This document shows positions 37,048 to 46,935 of a stretch of DNA of 64,000 nt, in pieces; the stretch's first letter is position 1, and each line of letters begins with the position of its first letter. The stretch is from Pseudomonadales bacterium (GTDB taxonomy: Bacteria; Pseudomonadota; Gammaproteobacteria; Pseudomonadales; UBA7239), in NCBI GenBank assembly GCA_046347205.1, contig JAXMGN010000002.1:670224-734223 (forward strand), read 5' to 3'. The notes under the pieces are model-generated. The model was not told where the DNA came from and did not search any database. It worked only from the letters and a program-made list of their open reading frames with translations. The position numbers and the translations under genes are program-made.

Positions 37048-37824
37048 TTATTTTTGCAGGGAGATATGCTCAGTAGAGGGCGCTGGAGGAGCTGGCGGCG
37101 GCTTCACCTGACCCATATCGCTGCCCGCTGGCGCAATATCCACACCGCTGGTATCAATATTGGCCGGCACAAACACCTGTTTTTCTTCTTCGCGCAAAAC
37201 ATCCGCGCCCACCGCGTCCAAGCTCAACTCGCTGAGGTCTATTTCTCGCGGCACAAAAACTTTGGGGGGTACGAGGTCCTCACCCACCGACGCCAACTGG
37301 TAGGCCGACAGATTGACGTTGCTCTGCACCACTGGGCGCGGCGGCTCTAATGGTTCTTCTGGCTCATCCGAAAATAACTTCGGTTTCACGATTTTCAAAT
37401 GACTGGTGTTGATTTCAGCGGCGACAGGGGATTGTGTCTCACCAGGACGCAATAAGTTAGAGCCGGCCGCCGATAGAGACCAAGGGTTTTGTGGTGCAGT
37501 GCTTGCCGTGGCAGACGGCGTTGACGGTACCGCAGCAGGGGCTGCTACCGGCTTCGCCTCTGGTGCAGGTGACGGAGCTGTTTGTGGTGCTGCCGCAGCA
37601 CGTATTTCCACAGCGGCACCGGCTTGTTCCAAGACAATTTTGAATTTATCAGCGGTGGCGCGATCACAATTGGCTTTCAAGGCCAGCGCTTTGCCACCAA
37701 AAAAGCCCTCTGCCTTGGCAGCATCCATTTTGAATAACTGTGCAAAGCGCGCTTTGACATCCGCCAAATTATGCCCCGGCAAAATCTCACCGCGAAAAAC
37801 CACATTGAACAGCTCATCTGCCAT
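37048..37824 (-). CDS. hypothetical protein with an L7/L12-CTD-like N-terminal domain, an Ala/Pro-rich linker and degenerate C-terminal repeats
   Basis: 258-aa ORF. The N-terminal ~75 aa has the pattern ...VKARFAQLFKMDAAKAEGFF...KFKIVLEQAGAAVEIR. The C-terminal half repeats the motif x-I/L-D/N-x-S-x(4-5)-G-x-D-L/M. Confidence 0.5.
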   Translation of the reverse strand: MADELFNVVFRGEILPGHNLADVKARFAQLFKMDAAKAEGFFGGKALALKANCDRATADKFKIVLEQAGAAVEIRAAAAPQTAPSPAPEAKPVAAPAAVPSTPSATASTAPQNPWSLSAAGSNLLRPGETQSPVAAEINTSHLKIVKPKLFSDEPEEPLEPPRPVVQSNVNLSAYQLASVGEDLVPPKVFVPREIDLSELSLDAVGADVLREEEKQVFVPANIDTSGVDIAPAGSDMGQVKPPPAPPAPSTEHISLQK

Positions 37825-37918
37825 GTATCACCTCAATCATCATGCCGCGCCACGACAGCGTACACCTCGCCGTTATAATGGCAACCACCGCAACATATCA
37901 CAACCATGCAGGCAACAA

Positions 37919-38563
37919 ATGAATCCACTCGCCTATAGCGATGCGGAACGCGCCGCCATCTATCGCGCCATAGCGGAGCGGCGCGATATGCGTCATTTTT
38001 TGCCCGACCCAATCCACACCGATGTGCTGCGGCGTTTGTTGCAGGCCGCACACCACGCACCCAGTGTCGGCTTTATGCAACCGTGGCGTTTTATTCGCAT
38101 CAGCGATGCAGCACTGCGTCAATCACTGCACGCGCTGGTAGAAGAGGAACGCATAGCCACAGCCAACGCACTCGGCGAACGCGAAGACGAGTTTATGAAA
38201 CTGAAAGTAGAAGGCGTGCTGGATTGCGGTGAAGTGCTGGTGGTTGCACTCATGGATCGTCGCGAGCAACACATTTTTGGTCGCCGCACGCTGCCAGAAA
38301 TGGATCTCGCTTCTGTGTCGTGCGCCATTCAAAACTTATGGCTGGCAGCGCGCGCTGAAGGTTTGGGCGTGGGATGGGTCTCACTGTTTGATCCGCCGAA
38401 ACTCAAACAACTGCTACACATGCCGGAAGGCAGCCATCCCGTTGCTATTTTGTGCATTGGCCACGTCACACAGTTTTATGACAAACCCATGCTTGAACAA
38501 GAAAAGTGGGCGCAACGCGCTGATTTGGCCACTTTGATCTCCGACAATCGCTGGCCGCAATAA
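37919..38563 (+). CDS. bluB: 5,6-dimethylbenzimidazole synthase (nitroreductase fold)
   Basis: ERRDMRHFLPDPI and APSVGFMQPWRF motifs. Start set at MNPLAYSD. The long upstream extension of this ORF is antisense to the neighbouring gene. Confidence 0.8.
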   Translation: MNPLAYSDAERAAIYRAIAERRDMRHFLPDPIHTDVLRRLLQAAHHAPSVGFMQPWRFIRISDAALRQSLHALVEEERIATANALGEREDEFMKLKVEGVLDCGEVLVVALMDRREQHIFGRRTLPEMDLASVSCAIQNLWLAARAEGLGVGWVSLFDPPKLKQLLHMPEGSHPVAILCIGHVTQFYDKPMLEQEKWAQRADLATLISDNRWPQ

Positions 38564-40045
38564 TCATTGCTGATAAGCTGGGTTTGCCGGCAACTGTTCC
38601 GCACCACCCGTTGCAGTCAGCCATTGCCGCAACGCCTGCAACATGTCTGCAGCACGTTTTTTTTCCACTAGAATTTGATTGTACTTCTCCAGCGGATCCA
38701 AAAGGATGTTATACAACTCCGCGGGCGTGCCATCGTAATACCAAATCAATTTCCAATTTCCCCTGCGCATAGCTACCGCAGGAATTTGCGTAAAACCAGC
38801 CTGTGGTTTTATTTGCAAATGACCTTTCTCGTCATCCGGATCTTCTACGCTGTCTGTGGTATAGCCTGGCAAATACCAAAACAAATCACGCGAAGGCAAA
38901 GCTTGAGAGGGTGCAAAAAATAACCGTTCAATATCTTTTCCATCCAACACCAACTGACTGGTATCAATTTTGGCCAGCGCCGCAATGGTTGGGTAAATAT
39001 CAATACCGGAAACGGCTTCATCCGATATACCGCCTGCGCGATTTCCTGGCACCAACCACACCATTGGCACGCGAATCCCCCCCTCGTACAACTGTGATTT
39101 TTGCCCGCGCATGGCATTGGGGTCGCGCACAAAGGGATAACCGCCATTATCCGACATCAACACAATCGTCGTGTTCTGATCCAGGCCATCCCTCTTTAAT
39201 TGATCGCGCAATTGCGCCAATCCTCGATCAATATGCTCAACCATCGCCGCATATTCAGGATAATAATCTGACATTTCACAAAATATTAATTTTTGCTTGT
39301 CACCACAAAACTTCTCTCTTTTTTCTTTGTATTTTTCCTTGGTATCTGCAGGAGCCTGAATAGGAAAATGCGGGGCATAGTGCGCCAGATAAATAAAAAA
39401 TGGCTGCGATTTGTGTTGCTCAATAAATCGCACAGCTTCTGCATTTAAGCGATCTGTTAAGTATTCTCCCACAGGCGCATTTTGTACGTTAGGCAACTGT
39501 GTTGAGTACGGCGCGAAATAAGATTGCCCCACTCCACCGCGGTGTCCAGCGATATTGAGATCAAAACCTTGCCCTTCTGGACCGCGCACAGCACCGTGAC
39601 CAAGATTCCATTTGCCAATGCTCGCCGTGGCATAACCGTGATCGCGCAACAACTCTGCCAAGGTATACACCTGCTCTGGCAGAAAAATATTATTTTTTGG
39701 TGTTTGCAACTTGCGCTCTGCTGCATTCCCCATATCGCCCGTGCCCATGGTGTAAACGCCCGTGCGCGGCGCGTACTGCCCAGACAAAATTGCCGCACGG
39801 CTGGGCGCGCAATTGGGTGCATTGGCATAGGCCTGCGTAAAAACCACGCCATCTTTTGCTAACTGATCTATCGCTGGCGTTTCGATAAAGTCATTACCCA
39901 TAAACCCCGCGTCGTGCAGCCCCAAATCATCCAACAGGATGACGATAAAATTCATTGGCTTGGCGGTTGCAGCCGTTTGCGTTTGCGCCTGTGCTGTCGC
40001 TAGCACAAAAAACAACAGGGGCAATAAAAAAAAAGTTTTTTTCAT
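38564..40045 (-). CDS. sulfatase (Cys-type, formylglycine-dependent)
   Basis: Signal peptide MKKTFFLLPLLFFVLATAQA, metal-binding ILLDDLG, and the CxPxR maturation motif CAPSRAAILSG. Confidence 0.85.
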   Translation of the reverse strand: MKKTFFLLPLLFFVLATAQAQTQTAATAKPMNFIVILLDDLGLHDAGFMGNDFIETPAIDQLAKDGVVFTQAYANAPNCAPSRAAILSGQYAPRTGVYTMGTGDMGNAAERKLQTPKNNIFLPEQVYTLAELLRDHGYATASIGKWNLGHGAVRGPEGQGFDLNIAGHRGGVGQSYFAPYSTQLPNVQNAPVGEYLTDRLNAEAVRFIEQHKSQPFFIYLAHYAPHFPIQAPADTKEKYKEKREKFCGDKQKLIFCEMSDYYPEYAAMVEHIDRGLAQLRDQLKRDGLDQNTTIVLMSDNGGYPFVRDPNAMRGQKSQLYEGGIRVPMVWLVPGNRAGGISDEAVSGIDIYPTIAALAKIDTSQLVLDGKDIERLFFAPSQALPSRDLFWYLPGYTTDSVEDPDDEKGHLQIKPQAGFTQIPAVAMRRGNWKLIWYYDGTPAELYNILLDPLEKYNQILVEKKRAADMLQALRQWLTATGGAEQLPANPAYQQ

Positions 40046-40542
40046 CCAGCAATAACCACAGACAGAATATGCAAACACACACAGGACAATACGCCTGCCG
40101 CTACATCATCCAACATAACACCGAATCCACCGTGTACTTTTTTATCGCACCACGAAATAGGCCATGGCTTTGCAATATCCAACACGCGAAACACCACAAA
40201 TGCCAACAGCGGCCAATACCATTGCAAAGGCAATGCCCATAAAGCCGTGCCATAGCCCACCCATTCATCCCACACAATACCGCCATGATCGTGCACGCCC
40301 AAATCTTTTGCCACGACATCACACAACCACACACCAAACATTGCCAAAACAACCAGCGTTAACGCAAACAACCACGCAGGCAACCACCACCACAATGCAA
40401 CACAAAATGGCACAGCACTTAGCGTTCCCCATGTACCGGGCGCTGTGCGCGCCAAGCCACTACCCAAACCGAAAGCCAACGTGTGCTTCCAATCTACAAA
40501 CACTTTGGCGTTAATTGTGCGATCAAAAATGTTGATAACCAT
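40042..40542 (-). CDS. pgpA: phosphatidylglycerophosphatase A
   Basis: GLGSGLARTAPGTWGTL and DIAKPWPI motifs. Lies downstream of thiL, as is usual. Confidence 0.9.
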   Translation of the reverse strand: MVINIFDRTINAKVFVDWKHTLAFGLGSGLARTAPGTWGTLSAVPFCVALWWWLPAWLFALTLVVLAMFGVWLCDVVAKDLGVHDHGGIVWDEWVGYGTALWALPLQWYWPLLAFVVFRVLDIAKPWPISWCDKKVHGGFGVMLDDVAAGVLSCVCLHILSVVIAG

Positions 40543-41488
40543 GACTCAACCATTGCACAGGGTTACGGCTGCTATCGAGTGCGACCACACCGCTGCCTGC
40601 GATAATTTTTCCAATACAAAAACAATTGCCGACTGCCTGCAAGTCTGCATCGTGTTGCGCATCCGCAGTAAAACAAAGCCGATAATCATCGCCACCGCAC
40701 AAAGCCCACTGCTGGGCTTGCTGCTCGCACACACTGTTTTTCCATTGCGCGAGTGGCAGTGCCTCACACCATATCTGTGCGCCTACACCGCTGGCATCGC
40801 AAATATGTGTAAGGTCTGCTAGCAAGCCGTCCGATACATCAATGCACGCATTGGCGTAATTTCTTAACTGCACAGCCACATCAAAATCTATTGCTGGTTG
40901 ATAAAAACGCGGCTGCAAATACTGTTTTTCATCTTCAGTAAATGTTTGACGATTTTCTAGCAGTGCCAATGCCGCCGCGCCATCACCCAGCGAGCCAGAC
41001 ACCCATACTTTATCGCCAATTTTCGCGCCGCTACGCTTCAGTATTTTTTTTGCTGGCACACTGCCATGCACTTGTACGCTGATACACAGCGCACCGCGCG
41101 TGGTATCGCCACCAATCAAAGGGCAGCGCAGTTGTTGCGCCGTTTCCAACAAGCCTTGAGAAAAAGCCGCCAACCACCGTTCATCAACAGCAGGCAAGGT
41201 CAGCGCCAAGGTAAACCCCAACGGTGTTGCACCCATCGCCGCCAAATCACTGGCAGCACAACGCAAAGCGCGCGCGGCTATGTCGGATGGATTGGCATGC
41301 GCGGGAAAATGCACATTCGGCAATTGCGTGTCCACTGACACCGCCAACACTTCACCAACTGGCAGCGACAACACCGCGCAGTCATCGCCCACACCAAGCA
41401 AAACACGGTCAGAAATCGCATGAGAAGAAAAATAGCGGCGAATCAGTCCAAACTCACCAAGCGATGATTTGTCGCTCCGGCTCGCCAT
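40523..41488 (-). CDS. thiL: thiamine-monophosphate kinase
   Basis: LGEFGLIRRYF N-terminus, and GDDCAV and GGDT motifs of the AIR-synthase-like fold. Confidence 0.9.
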   Translation of the reverse strand: MASRSDKSSLGEFGLIRRYFSSHAISDRVLLGVGDDCAVLSLPVGEVLAVSVDTQLPNVHFPAHANPSDIAARALRCAASDLAAMGATPLGFTLALTLPAVDERWLAAFSQGLLETAQQLRCPLIGGDTTRGALCISVQVHGSVPAKKILKRSGAKIGDKVWVSGSLGDGAAALALLENRQTFTEDEKQYLQPRFYQPAIDFDVAVQLRNYANACIDVSDGLLADLTHICDASGVGAQIWCEALPLAQWKNSVCEQQAQQWALCGGDDYRLCFTADAQHDADLQAVGNCFCIGKIIAGSGVVALDSSRNPVQWLSHGYQHF

Positions 41489-41496
41489 TTACTGTT

Positions 41497-41949
41497 TTAT
41501 CCTTGGGTTCGCTCGGCGATGCGCAAATCGCGCGACAAACGATCCAGCACGCCATTGAGATATTTATAACTGTCGGTGGGACCAAATTTTTTGGATAGAC
41601 GAATGGCTTCTTCGATCACCACCAACCACGGCACATCCAAACGCGATTGCATTTCGTAAGTGGATAAACGCAACTGTGCCAATGACACAGGATCCAGCTC
41701 TTTGATGCCGCGGTCGAGATAGGGATCAAACAGCGCGTCCAAGGTTTGCGTCTGCGCAATTACCTGGGCGAGCAACTCGTGAAAATACGCGAGATCCACC
41801 GCGCTCATGTCGTAATCCACACGAAACTCGGCTTCAATTTTTGCCGCCGAGTCGCCTGTCAAAATATGCTGATACAGCGCCTGCACTGCGTAGTGACGCG
41901 CCTTCTGACGCGCACCAATATCGAGTGCGGCGGTTTCTTCGCCACTCAC
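41497..41949 (-). CDS. nusB: transcription antitermination factor NusB
   Basis: 150 aa. [16 protein letters not shown]-terminus and position after ribH. Confidence 0.9.
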   Translation of the reverse strand: MSGEETAALDIGARQKARHYAVQALYQHILTGDSAAKIEAEFRVDYDMSAVDLAYFHELLAQVIAQTQTLDALFDPYLDRGIKELDPVSLAQLRLSTYEMQSRLDVPWLVVIEEAIRLSKKFGPTDSYKYLNGVLDRLSRDLRIAERTQG

Positions 41950-42416
41950 AGACGCGACAACAAGCTGACCATTTCCAGCGCTGAGCTGGCGGCTTCCGCG
42001 CCTTTATTGCCTGCTTTGGTGCCAGAACGCTCGATAGCCTGCTCGATGGAATCCACCGTCAACACACCGAAAGACACAGGAATGGATGCGTTCAAGCTCA
42101 CTTGCGCCAAACCTTTCACGCATTCGCCCGCCACATATTCAAAATGCGGTGTGCCGCCGCGTATCACCGCACCCAGCGCGATGATGGCGTCAAACTTTTT
42201 CGAAGCCGCCAATTGCTGCGCCACCAAGGGCAACTCAAATGCACCCGGCGCGCGCACCAAGGTGATTTGCGCCTCTGTGACGCCATGGCGACGCAAGGTG
42301 TCGATAGCGCCATCTTTTAGACTCTCGACCACAAAACTGTTCCAGCGCGACACCAACAGGGCAAAGCGCGCCTTGCTCGGGTTGAAATCACCTTCAATCG
42401 TTTTAATGCCTGACAT
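41946..42416 (-). CDS. ribH: 6,7-dimethyl-8-ribityllumazine synthase
   Basis: [21 protein letters not shown] and GGTPHFEYV motifs. Start trimmed to MSGIKTIEG. Confidence 0.9.
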   Translation of the reverse strand: MSGIKTIEGDFNPSKARFALLVSRWNSFVVESLKDGAIDTLRRHGVTEAQITLVRAPGAFELPLVAQQLAASKKFDAIIALGAVIRGGTPHFEYVAGECVKGLAQVSLNASIPVSFGVLTVDSIEQAIERSGTKAGNKGAEAASSALEMVSLLSRL

Positions 42417-42546
42417 AGCGGCGCACTCCAGCGGGTTCTTTGTGGCCGCGAAGTCTACCACAAGCCCCTCTTATCGCCCCAAGCGCCAAGGCTGGCTGCT
42501 ACAATGCGCGCCCCGATTTATCGATCTGCGCAAGGCACCACTGCCC

Positions 42547-43611
42547 ATGACTGACCAGCCATCTTCCAAGAAAACGTCCCTCAGCTACAAAGATTCTGGT
42601 GTGGATATTGATGCCGGTGCAGCACTGGTCGAACGCATCAAACACGTCGCTAAAAAAACGCGCCGCCCCGGTGTGATGGGCGGTTTAGGCGGTTTTGGCG
42701 CGCTGTTTGAAATCCCCAGCCATTACAAACACCCCGTGCTGGTTTCTGGCACTGACGGCGTAGGCACCAAATTGCGTTTAGCGATTGATCTAAAAAGACA
42801 CGACACCGTCGGCATTGATTTGGTGGCCATGTGCGTCAATGACCTCGTGGTGTGCGGCGCAGAACCGCTGTTTTTTCTCGACTACTACGCCACCGGCAAA
42901 TTGGACGTGGACGTCGCCGCCAGCGTCGTCACCGGCATCGGCGCGGGCTGCGAGCAAGCGGGCTGTGCATTGGTGGGTGGCGAAACCGCAGAAATGCCAG
43001 GTATGTATGAAGGCGATGATTACGACATGGCCGGCTTTTGTGTCGGTGCGGTAGAAAAAGAAGAAATCATTGATGGCTCGCGCGTGCATGTCGGTGACGT
43101 ATTGATCGGCATGGCCTCCTCTGGCGCACACTCCAACGGCTACTCACTGATCCGCAAAATTGTTGCTGTTTCTGGCGTGGATCCTGCAACCGAAATGCTG
43201 GATGGCAAATCGCTGGCCGACCGATTGATGGAACCCACGCGCATCTATGTAAAAACCATTTTGCGTTTAATTCGCGCGGTGGATGTGCGCGCTATTGCTC
43301 ACATCACCGGCGGTGGTTTAACCGAAAACCTGCCACGTGTTTTGCCGCGTGGATCAAAGGCCATGATCAACACCAATGCGTGGAAATTAGGTTCTTTATT
43401 TGACTGGTTGCAAAGGCAGGGAAATGTGGACGCCTTGGAAATGTATCGCACCTTTAACTGCGGCATCGGTATGGTTGTGTGCGTGCCCAAAGCTGATGTG
43501 GATAACACCTTGGCTGTGTTGCACGACTGCGGCGAAACAGCTTTTGTGATTGGCACAATTGAGAAAGGGCAACACGACGCAGAGCCGCACGTTGAATTTC
43601 GCGCACAATGA
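42547..43611 (+). CDS. purM: phosphoribosylformylglycinamidine cyclo-ligase
   Basis: [12 protein letters not shown]-terminus, and DGVGTK and GGETAEMPG motifs. The start is the ATG at 42547, inside a 621-aa composite ORF. Confidence 0.95.
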   Translation: MTDQPSSKKTSLSYKDSGVDIDAGAALVERIKHVAKKTRRPGVMGGLGGFGALFEIPSHYKHPVLVSGTDGVGTKLRLAIDLKRHDTVGIDLVAMCVNDLVVCGAEPLFFLDYYATGKLDVDVAASVVTGIGAGCEQAGCALVGGETAEMPGMYEGDDYDMAGFCVGAVEKEEIIDGSRVHVGDVLIGMASSGAHSNGYSLIRKIVAVSGVDPATEMLDGKSLADRLMEPTRIYVKTILRLIRAVDVRAIAHITGGGLTENLPRVLPRGSKAMINTNAWKLGSLFDWLQRQGNVDALEMYRTFNCGIGMVVCVPKADVDNTLAVLHDCGETAFVIGTIEKGQHDAEPHVEFRAQ

Positions 43612-44258
43612 ACATACCGCAACAAAAAAAAATTGTTGTTTTAATTTCAGGTAGCGGCAGCAATCTGCAAGCACTAATAAATGCCGAGCAACAAGGCACT
43701 GTGAATGCACACATTGTTGGTGTCATCAGCAATAAACCCGATGTTTACGGTTTACAGCGCGCAGCGAAAGCCAATATCCCCACTGCCGTGCTATCACACA
43801 AGGCGTTTTCTGCGCGTGAAGATTACGATGCAGCATTATTAGCTTTGGTTCAACAATATCAGCCAGATTTAGTGGTTTTAGCGGGCTTTATGCGCATACT
43901 CACGCCTGCTTTTGTTGCGCCACTATATGGAAAGCTGATGAACATTCACCCTTCATTGCTACCCAAATATCCAGGATTGCACACCCATCAACGCGCTTTA
44001 GATGCCGGCGACACCAAGGCTGGCGCAACGGTGCATTTTGTTTCCCCTGAATTGGATGGCGGGCCAATCATTCTTCAAACCAGCGTTCCTGTATTAACAA
44101 ACGATACCGCTGAAACTCTCGCACAACGCGTACTGCAACAAGAGCACATTATTTATCCGCAAGCAGTGCGCTGGTTTTGCGAAGATCGTCTACGTTGTCA
44201 TCGCGATCACGCCACACTCGACGACAAGATATTGCCCCGCACCGGAGGAAACTCATGA
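43608..44258 (+). CDS. purN: phosphoribosylglycinamide formyltransferase
   Basis: [15 protein letters not shown] and [16 protein letters not shown] motifs. Overlaps the purM stop. Confidence 0.95.
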   Translation: MNIPQQKKIVVLISGSGSNLQALINAEQQGTVNAHIVGVISNKPDVYGLQRAAKANIPTAVLSHKAFSAREDYDAALLALVQQYQPDLVVLAGFMRILTPAFVAPLYGKLMNIHPSLLPKYPGLHTHQRALDAGDTKAGATVHFVSPELDGGPIILQTSVPVLTNDTAETLAQRVLQQEHIIYPQAVRWFCEDRLRCHRDHATLDDKILPRTGGNS

Positions 44259-44956
44259 AACAATTCTTGATCACCGTGCTATTTATCGCACTGCCGCTGA
44301 CTGCAGTCAGCGAGCCCACTGTGCAGCACGAACCCTACACAGCCATTTATCAAGCGATGTATAAAAACTTTCCGCTGCAGGCCACTCATCGACTAGAACA
44401 GTCTGGTGACGATTGGTATTTTTCCAGTATTGCTAGCGGCTTCTTTGGTCAGATTGAAGAAAACGCGACCTTTTCCTACAACGAAAAAGGCATTGTTCCA
44501 AAACACTACCTTTATCGCCGCAGCGTGTTAGGACAAAACCGCGAAACCGAAATCACTTACAACACCAAAAAACACATTGCCGCTGGCAGCAAAGACAGCA
44601 AACCATTCAACATTCCCCTCAAAGGTGGAGAGCTGGATGCCGGCACCTATATGCTGGCGCTGGCTGACGATATTGCACGCGGCTATGAAGAGCCGTGCTA
44701 CGACGTTGTCAGTGACGATGGAGTTGAATTATTTTGCTTCCGCGTGACTCGCAAAGAAACCATCAAAACCGCGCTGGGAAAGCTGGACACTATTGTGGTT
44801 GAGCGTTTACGAAAACCGAATAGCCAACGTCACACGCAATTTTGGTTTGCTCCCTCGCTGCACTACGCCATCGCAAAACTTGAGCACCAAGAAAAGAAAG
44901 GCAATACAGCTTATTCCTTAGAAATCACTTATTACAAGCGCGATGACGGCAAGTAA
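44255..44956 (+). CDS. DUF3108 domain-containing protein
   Basis: Signal peptide [19 protein letters not shown]. It follows purN as in Pseudomonas, and its beta-rich composition fits the DUF3108 family. Confidence 0.6.
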   Translation: MKQFLITVLFIALPLTAVSEPTVQHEPYTAIYQAMYKNFPLQATHRLEQSGDDWYFSSIASGFFGQIEENATFSYNEKGIVPKHYLYRRSVLGQNRETEITYNTKKHIAAGSKDSKPFNIPLKGGELDAGTYMLALADDIARGYEEPCYDVVSDDGVELFCFRVTRKETIKTALGKLDTIVVERLRKPNSQRHTQFWFAPSLHYAIAKLEHQEKKGNTAYSLEITYYKRDDGK

Positions 44957-44979
44957 ATACCATGAAATAACACCAAACG

Positions 44980-45003
44980 TGCGGCATTATTATTCATGCC
45001 GCA
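44980..45003. terminator. hairpin TGCGGCAT-N8-ATGCCGCA at the convergent DUF3108 / lolE gene ends
   Basis: 8-bp perfect stem seen in the sequence. It spans the lolE stop codon and has weak T-runs. Confidence 0.35.
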
Positions 45004-46216
45004 GCACATCTGCCGGCTGCGTGCAGGTGGCGCGCCAAGCAGGATATACACTTGCCAGACCACTAATCAACAAAGCGGTTCCTACAACAATACTCACATC
45101 CACCGCACGCAAATCGGATGGTAAATAATTCACCGGATACACATCCGTACTTAACAATTGCACACCCAATAACAACTGCACTCCCTGCGCAATCGACGGC
45201 ATCGCCAGTGCCAACACACAACCGACTGCAGCACCAATCATCGTTCCCATTGCACCTATCAACAAACCGTGCATCATAAAAATCTGCATGATGCTTTTAT
45301 TGGGCACACCCATTGCGCGCAAGATGGCAATATCACCGCGTTTATCCGCCACCACCAACACCAAAGAACACACGACATTAAATGCAGCAATGACAATAAT
45401 AATCACCAACATCAAGACCACTAACTGCCGCGACATACGAATCGCTTCATAAAGATTGCCATGTGTTTGTAGCCATGTTTTCATCGAATAATGCGGCGGT
45501 AGTTGTTGCACGAGCGACCATGCAATGGCATCGGCTTGCAGCCAGTTATCGACAGAAAAACGAATCGCCGCCACACCGTTCATGGCGTACTGTTTTTGCA
45601 GTAACGGCAGTTGCGCCATCACTAAATGGTTATCGACTTCCGTTCCCGTTTCATACACGCCCGCAATATGCAAACTCAAAATGCCCGGCGCGGATTGATT
45701 GCCACCCACACCAGGCAACATCACCACGGCCGTACCGCCAGCTTGCACACCCAATTTTTCCGCTAATTTTTGACTGATCAATACAGAGCGTGAATCTGCT
45801 AACCATGCTCGCCACGCATCCGCACTAACAAAATCTTCAAAGTGTGACAATTTCGATTCCGCCACAGGATCAGTAGCAAACAACAATACCGGTTCTGCAG
45901 TTGACCCCATCACCAACAAACCTTGCGCTTCAATCAAGGGGCTGGCGGCTAAAACATGTGAATTGCGCAATACCTGCTGGGCAACTGCTTGCCAGTCAGC
46001 AATTTCATCTTCCTCTGGATACAAAGTAATCGCTGGCACCACACGCAAAATACGCGTACGCAATTCATGTTCAAAACCATTCATGACCGCCAGCACGGTA
46101 ATCAACAATGCCACAGCGACGACCAAACCCGCCATCGACACACGCGAAATAAAGCCGAGCAATGCTGAACCGCTGCGCGCCTGCGCGTAACGCCAAGCAA
46201 TAAAACGCGCAAGCAT
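44990..46216 (-). CDS. lolE: lipoprotein-releasing ABC transporter permease LolE
   Basis: FtsX/LolCE permease layout: 4 TM segments and a large periplasmic loop. The start ATG overlaps the lolD stop (TAATG). Confidence 0.85.
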   Translation of the reverse strand: MLARFIAWRYAQARSGSALLGFISRVSMAGLVVAVALLITVLAVMNGFEHELRTRILRVVPAITLYPEEDEIADWQAVAQQVLRNSHVLAASPLIEAQGLLVMGSTAEPVLLFATDPVAESKLSHFEDFVSADAWRAWLADSRSVLISQKLAEKLGVQAGGTAVVMLPGVGGNQSAPGILSLHIAGVYETGTEVDNHLVMAQLPLLQKQYAMNGVAAIRFSVDNWLQADAIAWSLVQQLPPHYSMKTWLQTHGNLYEAIRMSRQLVVLMLVIIIVIAAFNVVCSLVLVVADKRGDIAILRAMGVPNKSIMQIFMMHGLLIGAMGTMIGAAVGCVLALAMPSIAQGVQLLLGVQLLSTDVYPVNYLPSDLRAVDVSIVVGTALLISGLASVYPAWRATCTQPADVLRHE

Positions 46217-46935
46217 TAGGCGTGCTCTCGCAAGTGACCGTGATCCAACACCAAGCAACGATCTTGCTGTGCAGCCAATGCGCGATCATGCGTCACCAAC
46301 ACAAACGCCAAACCGTATTCGCGGTTCAAATTATTCAATAACTGTTGCACTTGCTGCGCATTGTCTGCATCGAGATTACCTGTTGGTTCATCCATCAACA
46401 CACAAGCAGGTTTATTCACCAAAGCGCGCGCAATGGCCACACGTTGACGCTCGCCGCCCGATAATTGTGCCGGTTTATGCGACAAACGGGCACCCAAGCC
46501 CACCGCTTCTAACATGACGGTTGCTTGCTGCTTGGCTTCCGCCTTGCTTTTTCCTGCTATGAGCAGCGGAATACTCGCGTTTTCTAACGCGGTAAATTCC
46601 GCTAATAAATGATGAAATTGGTATACAAAACCCAATTGTTGATTGCGCCATGCGGCACGCTCTTTTTCCTGCATGGATTGCCAACTTTTTCCTGCAATCA
46701 ATACCTCACCCGACTGCGCCTCATCCAAGCCACCTAGTAAATTCAATAAAGTGGATTTTCCCGAGCCAGATGTACCCACAATCGCCACACGTTCTCCACG
46801 CTGCACACAAAAATCTATTTGATTCAGCACCAGCAAATCCTGATCGCCTTGGCGGTAGCTTTTTACCAACTGCCGACATTCCAATACACCCAGAACATCG
46901 CCCATGTCATTTTTGTTCATTTTATTTTCACTCAT
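46216..46935 (-). CDS. lolD: lipoprotein-releasing ABC transporter ATP-binding protein LolD
   Basis: Walker A GTSGSGKST, signature LSGGERQRV and Walker B VLMDEPTGNLD. Confidence 0.95.
   Translation of the reverse strand: MSENKMNKNDMGDVLGVLECRQLVKSYRQGDQDLLVLNQIDFCVQRGERVAIVGTSGSGKSTLLNLLGGLDEAQSGEVLIAGKSWQSMQEKERAAWRNQQLGFVYQFHHLLAEFTALENASIPLLIAGKSKAEAKQQATVMLEAVGLGARLSHKPAQLSGGERQRVAIARALVNKPACVLMDEPTGNLDADNAQQVQQLLNNLNREYGLAFVLVTHDRALAAQQDRCLVLDHGHLREHA

Noticed and set aside
37406-37918. N-terminal 171-codon extension of the bluB ORF
   Set aside because: It is antisense to the well-formed 258-aa gene on the minus strand, and its Ala/Gly-rich translation reflects the complementary Ala/Pro linker. 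BluB homology begins at MNPLAYSD (37919).
37825-37918. Possible cobalamin riboswitch upstream of bluB
   Set aside because: Only 94 nt separate the divergent start codons, which is too short for a B12 element of about 200 nt. I see no B12-box-like sequence. A simple TATAAT promoter explains the region.
38561-38566. Zero-nucleotide gap between the convergent stops of bluB and the sulfatase gene (likewise a 3-nt gap between the truncated hemoglobin gene and dinG at 48688-48692)
   Set aside because: This is unusual because it leaves no room for terminators, but it is a compact-genome feature rather than evidence of a functional element. No hairpin spans the junctions.
41746-43611. 621-aa ORF, the longest plus-strand ORF in this region
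   Set aside because: Only the last 354 codons (from ATG 42547, MTDQPSSKK...) look like PurM. The first 267 codons run antisense through nusB and ribH and translate to low-complexity sequence. I treat it as a read-through artefact of the ORF finder.
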